NCBI RefSeq assembly: GCF_021028975.2
Contig: NC_059437.1
Location: 31,744,001-31,808,000, forward strand
DNA: 64,000 nucleotides
Direction of reading: 5' to 3'
Source of the DNA: Sphaerodactylus townsendi
Taxonomy: Eukaryota
This document shows, piece after piece, positions 50,396 through 63,230 of the stretch. Made by a program: the position numbers and the translations under genes. The notes below the pieces were generated by a model. It was given only the letters and a program-made list of their open reading frames with translations. It did not search any database and was not told the origin of the DNA. Position 1 is the first letter of the stretch. Each line of letters starts with the position of its first letter.

Positions 50396-53300
50396 CTAGT
50401 AGATGACTGTCTGCTGATTTGTCTTCTGCATCTGAATAATCTTGCCAAAGCCTCCTCTTCCCACATCATAATCTCTACGATATTCATCGTGCATCTACAG
50501 AGGAAGGAAAATGAGATAAATACTTACAGCAACCAAGACATGGGAACTTATCCAGAACTATCTAAGTTGGTCCCTATCAGGATGATAACCTGGAACGTTT
50601 AATGCTGAATTTGTCAGAGTTCAAAGACGCTGCTTTAGAATCACGATTCCAAACAACCTGGAGGAAAGTGTCCTGTTCTTTTAATAGAGGTTTAATGTGT
50701 GGCATGAACAGTTGAAGCTTCTCGTGGCGTACAGGTAACTAGGAAGGAACATCCCATTAATTTTCTATTAAAGTGATAGAACATTTTTCTCCAGGCTCTT
50801 CACAAGCCTATGTAGAAGTCAAGTCTCTCCTCTGTAAATTCCGCAGAGGACAAGGTTAGCTCTTTGGCCTGGAAGAACTAGGACTAACAGGTAGGCAATT
50901 TCACACTCTTGCCTCTGGTGCAGTTTCCAACCCAGGTATTAATTTTGAAAACCTATTTTTGATAACAAGCCTACTTACTGAGCATATTGTACTAGCTATA
51001 CATTTACTCACATATTTGGTCATTGACCGTAAATGAAGTATTACATTCTACATTTACTCACAGCCTGAGAACTTGGGGGAAGGCACACATCCAGACAAAA
51101 ATCAAAACCAACCTAGCCTAACATCTGCCAGACTCCTCAAAATTCCCTAAGATCTGCAAGCATCCCACAAACTTTGTTACTCACCTGGCCACCTGTCTTC
51201 CCACGGCCAAATTGCCGTCCTTCTTGGAACCCAGCATCCCAGTCTGTTTTAATGACGCGGTCATCCAACCGGGTTCCATTGATAAACCGCATACAATGCT
51301 CAGCTTCTGCTCTAGTGTAGTATCTAAATTGTTACTATAAGGAAAGACTAATGGGACCATTTAAAGAGCTGGTTCTGGCTTCCCCCAAGCTAAAGAAAAA
51401 ACAGCCAGAGATCTCCAAAGTTCCCATTTCCCTAATCAAAAGTAAATTGGTTTATAACTTATTATCATAATCCAGAGAATTCTAAGTGTAATACAGTGCT
51501 GTTTCACTACTAAAGCTAAGGAAGTTTACCAGTCTAGTTAGTAAGAAACAACTTCAGAGCTCCGCCCATCACCAATTTTGCAGGAGGGATGCAGGTAGAA
51601 TACATAGATTCAAGTTAAATACATCTTTACTTCAATATGGTACATGACAATTCAGTCTCACCTACAATTTGAAGTGTTACAGCCCAGTCACAAAAATGCA
51701 GGCCTACCAATCACGTAGTTAGGTTATTACACAACAAAAGCACCGAAAGACCAGACCTTGCGCCCACAAAGGAAACGGAATTTTAGGTGTTTCAAACTGC
51801 TTCAAAACTTCAAATAGGCACAGAACATAGCATCCTTCCTCAGTGCCTTTTATAAATGGGAGGCACTATTCTGTGATTATTCTGATCTTACCTTGAGGAT
51901 AGGCTACAGTGTGTTGCTAGGAGACTGCTGCTCTGCTCCCTGGCCTACAGGGTTCCCTAGGATTCCATCTTTCCTCCCATGTTGTTCAACACTCATATAA
52001 AGCCTAGTGGAAGAGATTTTTCAGAGATTTGGGATGAGTTACCACCAATATGCAGAAGAAAATTCCAGCGCTCGCTACCAGCATATCTCAAGGAGGCAGA
52101 TTTGGAACGGATTATGGCTAACAAGCTGAAACACTATCACAACAAAATGGAGGTGCTACTGGCTGGGGGAGGGAAATGGGTTATCTTTATAGTGCAGGGA
52201 TCTGCAACCTGTGGCTCTCCAAATGTTCATGGACTACAATTCCCATCAGCCCCAATTGGCCATGCTGGCAGGGGCTGATGGGAATTGTAGTCCATGAACA
52301 TCTGGAGAGCCGCAGGTTGCAGACCCCTGTTATAGTGGATGGGGTTGAAGTCCCCTTAAATAAACATACCCTGAAGAAGCTTCTGGATCCAGGTCTCCAG
52401 CTGAATAAACAGATGGAAGTGGTGGTCAGGGGTATCTTTCAGCCAAAGAGCCTTTTGCAGCCCTTCCAGTACAGTGTAACAGCTAGATTACTGCTATGCA
52501 CTCTACACGATTCATATCATAGTTCTTTCTAATACTATGTATTGTTGTAAAAGCTGAACAATGCAGAAAGCAGACAGGAACAAAGTAGATTCCTTTGAAA
52601 TGTGGTGTGAAAAAGAGTTTAAAGGATACTGGGGGCTGCCAAGATGACACACAAGTGGATTCTCGATCAAATCAAGCCTGAACTGACCCTAAAATGACTA
52701 AGCTGAGGCTATGAGCACATTATGAGAAGACCGGACTCACTGGAAAAGGCAATGATGCTAGGAAAAGTCAAAGGCAACAATAAAACATGCAGATCCAACA
52801 TGAGATGGATAGATCCATGAAGGAAACATTGGCCCTCAGTTTGCAACACCTGAGCAACACAGGTAACAGTAGGACACTTCAAAGGACACTGGTTCATAGG
52901 GTTGCTGCTGTAACTTGGAAGTGACTTGACGACACTTAACATACACACACGACATGGGATCAACACACTTAAAGACTGCCATTTCCCATATGAACCTACC
53001 GTTCATCCTCAAAAGCTCTGTTTTGTTGCTGCCATCTGAGGAAAGATGGGTGGCAACCCAAGAAAGGGCCTTCTCCTCTATGGCACCAAAAAATTTCAAT
53101 TCCATCCCCAAGAGGAATCATGTGTGTCTCTGTATTGGTGTCTTTCACATGCAGGTAAATACTTTTTTTTTGTTTCATCTTCCAAACCCCAATAATGTTT
53201 CTGACCCCCTTTCTAGTGCTGTTTGTTTATGTGTTTTTAAGTAAATTAGAAACTCTTAACTATGTCCTAATCGTTTAAATGATTTTATGTTCACCACTTT

Positions 53301-54865
53301 GTTAACCCTGATTGGATAAAAAGGCAGCTAAAAAGTTTTAAATAAAAATAATATTAAACAATAATTAAATCAAAAGGCAAAGGATACTCCACAAAGCAGA
53401 AACCACAAGGGGTTTTCTTCACCTTGTCGAGCCCCATGATGATGCGCTTGACATCCCCACACTTAGAAAAGAGCTCATGGATTTGCTCCTCTGTGGTGTA
53501 GAAGGACAAATTGCCCACATAAAGTGTGCTAGAAGTCTTCAGAGCATTCTCCTGCTCTTCTCTGTTCTGGGATACAGATGGGGGTGTGGGGAGAGACAGC
53601 ATCACATATATTCCATTTCTACGATAATTTACCATGCAAAGCATTATTCACTGTAGAAGAAGCAGAAATAACTTGGCTAGGTATACCAAGGCAACCCAAG
53701 TAACATAAAAGTGGAGGAAAAGGCGAGCGTTAGCCAACAACACTCAGATTTGGAATAACGTCTTCCATGGATCTAACATTTAAGAGGTGAAGTATAAAAC
53801 AATGTAATTAATTAATAACTTGCCTCATTAGTAAGGAAAGATGTGCCACTCATCCCAAATTAAATGCCCTGGCAAAAATCTTAACTGCCTAGTCACTCAG
53901 AAATTTAAAATAATAATTATCCACTAATACCAGCTCTTAAAATAAACTGGCATATATGAATTTTTGGTATTTCCCACCCCAGCAAGACCTGTAATGTGGC
54001 AATTGGTTCTAGTATTATTTTGCCATATTAATTATATTGTATCTCTCCTACATAGAGATGCCATCACATCCATCCAAGAGACAATCAATCATATTAACAT
54101 GGGTCAGAGTGGCCTTTTTTTTTTTGTTTCTTTGTGCCATCAAGTGACAACAGACTTACAGCAACCCCATAGAAATTACTACCTATATTTTCCATGTCAC
54201 AAAAGCAGTACATTATCCCTCAAGAGGAAGCTTTATGCCTCCCAAACGTTTAATTTTCCTATGCTCAAGATCAACAAAGTTGCTTGGATTTGCAGCTCAC
54301 TCTGCCCATATGCACAGAGGCAATTGGGCAAAGTGGGCAGTTGGGCAGTCCCATTGGGCAAAGTGGGCAGTTGCCCAGGGCGCCCCTTGTGGGGGGCGCA
54401 AAAACTGCAGGTTCGTTTGTGGGATTTTTTGTATTTTCACTGTTTTCACCATTTTTGGCCTGCAGGGGGCGCAGTTTTTAGGCTAGCAGCACCAAAATTT
54501 CAGGGGTTTTTTGGAAGACTCTCCTAATGATATCACCCAGGTTTGGTGAGGTTTGGTTTAGGGACTCCAATGTTATGGACTCCCAAAGGGAGTGCCCCAT
54601 CCCCCATTGTTTCCAATGGGAGCTAATAGGAGATGGGTTCTACACCTTTGAGGGTCCATAACTGAACCAAACTTCACCAAACCTGGGTGGTATCATCAGT
54701 AGGGTCTCACGAAGATACTCTAAAAATTTTGTGCTGCTATCTTAATAATTGCACCCCTGACAGCAGGCACCCCCTAAATTGCCCCAGATTTTCCTTTTAA
54801 ATCCACCCCCTTCCTGCCAATGCTTGTTTTCTTTCTTTCTTTTATTCTCTCAATGCCTAATAAAG

Positions 54866-54927
<62 letters not shown>

Positions 54928-57381
54928 ATCCACCCCCTTCGGCATGGATTTAAAGGGAGAATCTGAGTTTAAACATTGAAAGTGATGCTGTTTCAGGGTG
55001 GGGTATAATCCACCCCAAAACAGCATCACTTTCAAAGTTGTTTAAACTGGGAACCCCAGATTATCCCTTTAAATTGGATTTAAAAGGAGAATCTGGGCTC
55101 CCTAGTTTAAACATAATTGAAACTGATGCTGTTTGGGGGTGGATTCCAGCATTACTTGTTTAAACTAGGGAGCCCAGATTCTCCTTTTAAATCCACCTTA
55201 AAGGGAGAATCTGGGATCCCCAGTTTAAATAACATTGAAAGTGATGTTGTTTCCCCCAATTGCGGGGACTGGATACAACACCATAAAACGTTTTCATAGC
55301 AGTAATGAAACATTTCGAAAGCATTTTGAAAATGTTTTCAAAAAAATATTTCTGCTGTGTGGCATGGCCCATTGCTGTGTTCAAATTTGTGAGTTGGGGC
55401 ATGTTCTATAATGTGATGGTGACTTTGAAATGACCTGGTGGAAAAAAATCATTGTTTGGTCATGATGGGAGAGGGTGGCCACCCATGGGGGGGCATCAAA
55501 CTCAGGTTTTGCCCAGGGCTCCAGTTTGCCTAGGTATGCCACTGCATATACAGCAACATTTATACCATTTTAGACACAATCTGCACAAGCTACGCAAAGC
55601 CTCTGCATGTCACAAAACCCCACCTCATCTCTTTTCTCTCAGTCTACACAGATTGTCCCTCCTCTCTAGCAATGTCGGCTTCCATTGGTTTGTTACTTAT
55701 TTAGAAAATGTCTTTGACGCCTCTACAAAGAACTTGTTCAAGCACCTTTCCTACATTTCCAGCTTCAAACACAGGATGCCCTGTTTGCAGAGCTCCACTT
55801 CTGAGAAACTGGCATAAACACAAGGCTGAGGGCCTTCTATCCCCTACAGTCACTCTCTACATGGGCTGACGACTCTGGGCTAGGAAATTCCTGGAGATTT
55901 GGAGGTAGATACTGGGAAGTGTTGGGGGGGGGGGGTTGGGGGGGTTGCACCTCAGCAGATAAAAAGAGCTACACAGTCCCTTCTCCAAACCAGCCATTTT
56001 CTCCAGAGAAACGGATTCCTGTAGGTAGTTTCTGCATGGTCCAAATATCCAGGGTTGAGCAAGGGAAATATCCCTTTGGCCAAGAGGTTTGCAGAGTTCC
56101 CATTCTTGAAGCAGGTTTGTCCCGCAATATTTCTCTCATCCCGGGATTTTCAAAAATCGCTACTATGCAAACATCACGGGAGCAGAACCAGTTTATATTT
56201 CCCACCTAGGCGCCTGATCCTCCCACCCCTCCACCCATCCCCAATCTCCCCACCTGGCATCATGTCAGTTTTCAACACTGCTGAGTCGTCGACCATTGGA
56301 GCCCACCATTCCCGGAAAGTTCCCCAGACAGAATTCTGCTCATTTTATCAACTGGGTGCCATTTCACCTGGGTTAATCAGGAGTGGAGTCCAAAAATGTC
56401 CCCATTTTCTTTTCTGTAGGTGTACTGGCTGCTCAGAGTGCATAGCTAGGGAGATGTGTACTTTGGGCTGAATGTTAGTGGGCATATCTCCGTGGGGGGT
56501 GGGGGAGAGGGAGTCTCTTGTTTTCCACAAAAATATGAGACTGAGTGGGAATGTGACGTGATGCTGTGCCTCATTATTTTTTGCTGCCATGTGTTGAGGC
56601 CTGCACTGGGCTCTATCCGGAAGTGGAAAAAGGGGGAGCTTTGTTTCCCCCTGCTGCTGCCCCAAAACAACAGCCAATCAGAACTTGGGACACCGGGAAT
56701 GTTTGCGCATGCACAAATACACTTGCGATGTAAGTACAAAAGACCCAGGCTTGTGCAAAACAAAGTGGAGTATTTACTCCTGGTCTTCACTCAGTTCCTT
56801 CACAGAAATGGGCAGCAATGCAGAGGGAGATACTGGGATAAAACAGACCCTGATTGTAAAATACCAACTGTAACTCAGAATAACTGTGCCGCACAGAAAC
56901 AGCCTTAGTCTAGAATAGATGACAGCTGCAATTCTGGCAGGTCTTTGGGCTCTACCTGAAGATTAATAATAAAAAAGCATGAATATGACCAATGGTATTA
57001 ATATACCAATAACTCTAATATTCAATATGCAAAACATAATCTCACACTGGCTCATTACAAAGAAACATTAAGCAAATGTTTCCTGAAGGTTGGCAGCACG
57101 GTCTCTACAAAGAACCGAAGGATTTAAAAAACAGAACCGAAAGCGAGGACGTCTCTGAACATGTGCAAAGTGCCTTTCCGCTTAAAGAGAAATGGAATAA
57201 GCCCTTTGAGCACTAACAAAACACCTCCCCTTCCCAGGAGTTTCGGCAGGACCTCCTTAGAGTGAATCCCCTACATAGCTTCTCCCTTTCCTACCTGAAA
57301 CTTCTGGTCCCGGTACAGGGTCAAGTTGCAGTGCGAGTCACTGTCAAGCACTCCTAGCGTCGTGCTCAGGATGCCCGACAT
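50396..57381 (-). CDS. NCBP2L: Nuclear cap-binding protein subunit 2-like (CBP20), copy A, 167 aa; exons 57381-57295, 53566-53388, 51323-51185, 50494-50396
   Basis: [167 protein letters not shown]; RRM with NCBP2 exon structure, open frame. Family is certain; the NCBP2L vs NCBP2 symbol is inferred from the X-homologous neighbourhood. Confidence 0.9.
52195..52329. mobile_element. Palindromic hAT-type MITE with 8-bp TSD
   Basis: cagggatctgcaacc...ggttgcagacccctg; TSD ttatagtg on both sides. Confidence 0.9.
52545..52940 (+). mobile_element. RTE/BovB LINE 3' fragment (decayed)
   Basis: tttgaaatgtggtg...cacattatgagaagaccggactcactggaaaaggcaatgatgctaggaaaagt resembles the RTE ORF C-terminus (FEMWC...HIMRR.DSLEK.MMLGK). 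Confidence 0.7.
54315..55544. mobile_element. 1.23-kb non-autonomous hAT element, present only in copy A
   Basis: Imperfect TIR cagaggcaattgggcaaagtgg / ccagtttgcctaggtatgccactg; 8-bp TSD catatgca/catataca; the empty site catatgca is seen in copy B at ~63967. Confidence 0.85.
54867..54925. repeat. (ATT)n microsatellite
   Basis: About 19 consecutive tta/att units. Confidence 0.95.
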
Positions 57382-57399
57382 CTTGCCTTCCCAGCCCAC

Positions 57400-57700
57400 A
57401 AAAAATCTTCAAGCAGGCCTGCTCAGATAATTAGTTGCAGTAGCTGCCACTCACAATGTTCCTCTTGGTCGCCACGATGAATGCCATCACCCACTAGGCT
57501 CAAGAAGAGCCAATCAAAGCCCAGGGGCGGGTTGCCTTGTCGCAGGGGATGCTGGGGATTGTAGTTGTTGTTCTTCTATTCCTTGTCAGTTTGCCTAAGA
57601 CCGGCCTAAAGGGATGTGAAAGGGCGTCTGCGCATGGTGCCGTTTGGGCGGGAACGTTAGTTTCGGACAGGACATAGCATCAGAAAATAATTGAAAGCTT
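57400..57700 (-). promoter_or_regulatory. Promoter of NCBP2-like copy A
   Basis: CCAAT ~57510, GC box ggggcggg ~57524, ZNF143-like actacaatccccagcatcc (minus strand, ~57547-57565), CpG enrichment just upstream of ATG 57381. Confidence 0.6.
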
Positions 57701-60525
57701 TTGGAGTTGTTGGCTAAATGACAGAGATTTAAATAGTAATATAACAATGGCACATTGGGATCAGTTATGTAACGTTTAATCAATATAGTTTGGGGTAGAT
57801 GTCTTTTCTGTTTAATTCTTCTTTATCCTCTGGTATTTTTCTATCCTGTTAAAATATTTTTTTAAAAAACAGCTAGGATTGCTAGGTGTAAGGTGGTTAG
57901 ATCCAGGGTGGGAAACATGTGGAGGTTTGGGGAAGGAGCGTGGGGAGGACAGGAACGTCAGTGGGCTATAGTGCCCTGGAGTCCACCCTCCAAAGCATCC
58001 GTTTTCTCCAAGGATACTGGCTTCTGTCCTCTGCAGATGAGCTATAATCCCACCTGATCCATTTGAAGAAGAAATTCCCACTTGGAGGCTGGCGTCCGGA
58101 AAACCAGCTGTACCTTTTTTTAATTGAGGGAGGATGTGGAAGGTGGCAACGATTCAGGGCCACAGAACTAATAAGACCACCCCTGTGCATGTGATGAAGT
58201 GGACTATAGCTTACCTCAGGAAAGCATCCTTTTTCATAAACCTGCTGATTTTTAAGGTGCCACAGGAATTTCTGAGTTGGGCATGGTCCAACTAGGGTGT
58301 GATGGAATGTAGTATCCACATTTTGAGACACAACCTTTGCACATTCTGGTTTTCTCTCTTGCTACTGGAGCCATTTCCCCCCATGTTATAGTGAAGCTAG
58401 TCCACTATTGTCCCCTGGGCCTCAAGTAGTGAAGCAACAGCTTCTGCTTTTTCTATCTTTGAGAAGTTTGATTTCTGCTTAAGATGACTCCTTTTGTATT
58501 ATGGTGATTGAGGCCTGCTACAACTATAACAAGGAGACTGACAATTGTAATAACAACCTTTTATTGTTTTCCAACCTTACAGTTCCTATTGTCAGATATA
58601 CTTTAGGCTAGAATACATGTAATGTTAGGAGGTGACATGATGGTTCTAGGCAATTAATACATGACTGCAACAATAGCGGTCACAAAGCGGCAATTCAGAG
58701 GGAGAAGTTTTACATAAGCTTCTATTCTGGCTTTGAGGTACCATTCCAAATCATTCATCATTCTTCAGCGTGCTATGTTCAGATTAGAATAAGAGATTAG
58801 CTCTATTCAGAGTTTCTGCTGCACTGCCAGCTAGGCCAAGGGCAAGTGAACTCTTCTCTGCCAGAGTGAAAGAGGCAAAGGTGTTCTGACCAGATGAAAA
58901 GCTCCACTCAGCACAAGAAGATGAGCCTGCACTCCCATTCCCAAATGTTCCAACTGGTGGCATGTCCAGGGCTTTGGGTCTCTTTGGGGCACATGCAGTG
59001 CTAGAGTTCTCATATGCTACAAAAGACAGGATTGCAACAACACATCCCAAATGATTTGGCATAAGTTCCAAGGAAGCAGATTTCTAAACCAAGTGAATGT
59101 AGGAATAGCAGCCTGAGCTTGCATCCCATGCAAAGTTCTAATGTCACCCTGTCAATGGTGCTTCTTGTAACAACAGTAAGGTCATCAAGTTCCTGAGAGT
59201 TTTAGGGAAACATGGACAAGGCTGAGACAGATTCAGGGTTAGCTTGTTGGTATCTGCATGCTTCTCTGGAAAGGGTTGTTTTCCTGGGGCTGATCAGATC
59301 TGAAAGCAATTAGCCCCAGGACTGAGGGGCTCCTTAATTGCATTGAATCCAGAATGGAAGACTAACCAAATAGCAGAGATTCACAGGCATGCCACCATTG
59401 AGGTTGATATCCTTAGGCTGAGGCTCTTGCCATATTCTCCAGTTCTTGCCAAGTGGTTAACCTGTGCTGGCCCGCTATTCACAAGGTTGGTTCAAATACA
59501 CGCTACTCCTACCTGAGCAGGGCTATGGAAAACTTGCTTCTCCCAGAACTACAGGAACTGTCCTTCCCCTTATTCTGCAGTTGCCATAGCACTGCTCCGA
59601 AGAGGTCACTGTGCTTTGGAACAGCTCCACTGAATCAATAAATGGGAAAGACAAAACCCTACATCTGCCCCTCTCTCATCAGCAGAGAAGACAGGGAGAA
59701 AGAGGAAGGAAGGCAAGGCACCTTGTCCTGGTTCCACAAAGGAGCTTCATGCGACCCAGCCGAGTACTGCAACCCAGTTGAGTGCTGGGGCCAGGCACTC
59801 AGTTCCCACCACAGTGCCCCAACCCACTTTAATCTCATCGCTGACTCATCACTTCTTAGATCATGCCCCTGCAGTGTAATGCAGGTCATGGGCAACCTCC
59901 CCATGCTCCAATTATTCAGTTTATAAGCAAAATGTTCAGTCTGGCTGTGAATTGACTTCCACTCACTCCAGTCAAAGGCTTCTTGTCATCCCTTAAGTGC
60001 CAAAGCTTTGTCTGTAGAGAGAAAAACCCCAAAGTGACAGAAAACCAACCAGAAAAGTCACAACTCCTAGGGCTGAGATAAGGATCCTTCTTTATTCACT
60101 TTACCAGCCATCTTATTTCAGACTACAGCATGAGTTACAAAACCCACTTATTTTGGAATTTTTAAAAAAGAATAAAATAAAGGATTCGAGACAGAGAAAA
60201 ACTAGGGCACCAGAGTTACTACAAAGGTAAAGCAAGAAGAGCAAAGACCCAGTCAAATTCCATAGACCATGGTGTCTTCTGTCATAATCCAGCTCAGACA
60301 GAGATTCTGACAACATCGGGATTCCTTGGTTCCGTGTTAACCAGGGCGAGAAGCCCTAAAGGGCAGATAGAGCAGCATATTGCCAAGAATGTTGTCAAAC
60401 CATCATGTTGTTTCCACTTGAGTCCAGGGATAGTTCTGCCATCATGAATGGCCCACCCACATCAGTCCTGGAACAAACCTGTCTTCCTCTTCTCCCACTC
60501 TTGCCCTCAATCCAAGAAGATGCTA

Positions 60526-63230
60526 CTACATCACTGTCTGTTGATTCGGCTTCTGCATCTGAGCAATCTTACCAAAGCCACCTCTGCCCACATCATAGTC
60601 TGTCCGATATTCATCACGCACCTACAGAGGAAGGAAAATGAGACAAACACTTACAGACCAAGATATGGGAACTTATCCAGAACTATCCAAGTTTGGTGTC
60701 ATGACAGGTTTTTTTACCAAACCCAAACCACAGGTGTTTATAAGGATAACCTGGAATGTTTAGTGCTGAATTTGTCAGCTCAAACAACCTGGAGAAAAGT
60801 GTCCTTAAAAATGGAGGTTTAATGTGTGGCATGAGCAGTTGAAGCTTCTCATGGCATACAGGTAACGAGGAAGTAACATCCCATTAATTTTCTATTGAAG
60901 TGACAGAACATTTTTCTCCAGACTGTTGACAAGCCTACTTAGAAGTCAAGTCAAGTCAAGGTTAGCTCTTTGGCCTGGAAGAACTAGAACTAACAGGTAG
61001 GCAATTTCACACTCTTGCCTCTGGTGCAGTTTCCAACCCAGGTATTAATTTTGAAAACCCATTTTTGATAACAAGTCTACTTACTGAGCATATTTCACTA
61101 GATGTACATTTACTCACAGCCTGAGAACTTGGGGCATGGCACACATCCAGACAAAAGTCAAAACCAACCTAGCCTAACATCTGATAGACTCCTCAAACTT
61201 CCCTAAGATCTGCAAGCATCCCACAAACTTTGTTACTCACCTGGCCACCTGTCTTCCCACGACCAAACTGCCGTCCTTCTTTGAACCCAGCATCCCAGTC
61301 TGTCCGAATGATGCGGCCATCCAGCCGGGTTCCATTAATGTACCGCATACAATGCTCAGCTTCTGCTCTAGTGTAGTAACTGGGTTGTTACTATAAGGAA
61401 AGACTAATGGGACCATTTAAATAGCTGGTTCTGGCTTCCCCCAAGCTAAAGAAAACACAGCCAGAGATCCCCAAAGTTCCCATCTCCTTCTGACCCTCTT
61501 TCCAGTCAGCCTGACATGAATTCCAGGGAAGATTCTGGAGCAGATCATTAAACAGACGATCTGCCAGCACTTAAAAGGGAACACTGTGATCACAAAAAGT
61601 TAGCATGGGTTTCTGAAAAACAAGTCATGCCAGACTAATCTTATCTCTTTTTTTGAAAGAGTGACAAGCTTGGTAGATGAAGGGAATGCTGTGGACATAG
61701 CATACCTTGATTTTAGTAAAGCTTTTGACAAGGTTCTCCATAACATTCTCGCAAGTAAGCTAGTGAAATGTGGACTAGAAAATGCTACTGTTAGATGGAT
61801 TTGTAATTGGTTGATTGATCGAACTCAAAGGGTGCTCATTGACGGCTCATCTTCATCCAGGAAAGAAGTGACAAGTGGGGTGCCACAGGGTTCTGTCTTG
61901 GGCCCAGTGCTATTCAATATTTTTATCAATGACTTGGATGATGGAATAGAAGGCATGCTAATCAAATTTGCAGATGACACCAAAATAGGAGGAGTAGCTA
62001 ATACCCCAGAGTCAGAATTCAAAATGACCTGGACAGATTAGAGAGCAGGGCCAAAACAAACAAAATGAACTTCAACAGAGATAAATGTAAGATACTACAC
62101 TTAAGCAGAAAAAATGAAATGCACAGATACAAGATGGGTGACACCTGGCTCAACACTACATGCGAAAGGGATCTGGGAGGTCCTAGTAGACCACAAACTG
62201 AACACGAGTCAGCAGTATGATGCGGCAGCCAAGAAAGCCAATGGTTCTGGGCTGTATCAATAGGAGTATAGTGTCAAGATCGAGGGATGTAATTGTACCA
62301 CTCTATTCTACATTGGTTAGACCTCACCTGCAATATTGTGTGCAGTTCTGGGCACCGCAATTCAGGAAGGATATTGACAAACTGGAATGGGTGCAGAGGA
62401 GGGCAACCAAAATGGTGAAAAGTCTGGAATTCATGCCCTACGAGGAGAGACTTAGGAACTGGGGATGTTTAGTTTGGTGAAGAGAAGGTGAAGAGGTAAC
62501 ATGATAGCTATGTTTACATATTTGAAAGGATGTCATGTTAGTGAGGGAGCAAGCTTGTTTTCTGCTGCTCCAGAGACTAGGACCAGGAGTAATGGGTTCA
62601 AGGTGAAGGAAAAGAGATTCCACCTAAACAACAGGAAAAACCCCGACAGTAAGGGCTGTTTGACAGTGGACTGCACTTCCTAGGAGTGTGGTGGAGTCTC
62701 CTTTGAGTTTTTTAAAACAGAGGCTGGATGGTCATGAGCCTACTGGGGAGGGTGATCTAAAAATATAATAAATAAATACATACATCTGTCAGAAGTGCTT
62801 TGACTGTGTGTTCCTGCATTGCAGGGGTTGGACTTGATGGCCCTTGGGGTCTCTCCCAACTCTATGATTATAGTGCTATTTGTTTATGTGTTTCTAAGTA
62901 AATTAGATACTCTTAGTATGTCCTAATTGTTTAAATGATTTTATGTTCACCACTTTGTTAACCCTGATTGGATGAAAAGGCAGCTAAAAAGTTTTAAATA
63001 AAAATAATATTAAACAATAACATAATTAAATCAAAAGGCAAAGGATACTCCACAAAGCAGAAACCACAGGGGGTTTTCTTCACATTGTCAAGCCCCATGA
63101 TGATGCGCTTGACATCCCCACACTTAGAAAAAAGCTCATGGATTTGCTCCTCTGTGGTGTGGAAGGACAAATTGCCCACATAAAGTGTGCTAGAAGTCTT
63201 CAGAGCCTTCTCCTGGATTTTGTTGGTGCC
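60526..63230 (-). CDS. NCBP2L: Nuclear cap-binding protein subunit 2-like (CBP20), copy B, 5'-partial (exon 1 beyond window); exons 63230-63049, 61379-61241, 60621-60526
   Basis: [138 protein letters not shown]; open frame and intact splice sites. Symbol inferred as for copy A. Confidence 0.88.
61380..63048 (-). other. U12-type intron of NCBP2-like copy B
   Basis: GTATCCTTT donor; TTTCCTTAT branch-like motif shortly before CCCAG. Confidence 0.9.
61505..62870 (+). mobile_element. 5'-truncated CR1 LINE (decayed RT fragment), present only in copy B
   Basis: [57 protein letters not shown] motifs with frameshifts; CR1-like 3' end ...cccaactctatgatt. Confidence 0.95.

Larger units (their letters stand above)
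51324..53387 (-). other. U12-type (minor spliceosome) GT-AG intron of NCBP2-like copy A
   Basis: 5' splice site GTATCCTTT; branch-like TTTCCTTAT close to the AG with no polypyrimidine tract. Confidence 0.9.

Noticed and set aside
54779-55035. Poly-isoleucine ORFs on both strands
   Set aside because: Translation of the (ATT)n microsatellite inside a transposon.
56610-56720. ETS, CCAAT and NRF1-like motifs in intron 1 of copy A
   Set aside because: They sit in what looks like transposon-derived sequence, and nothing indicates a transcript.
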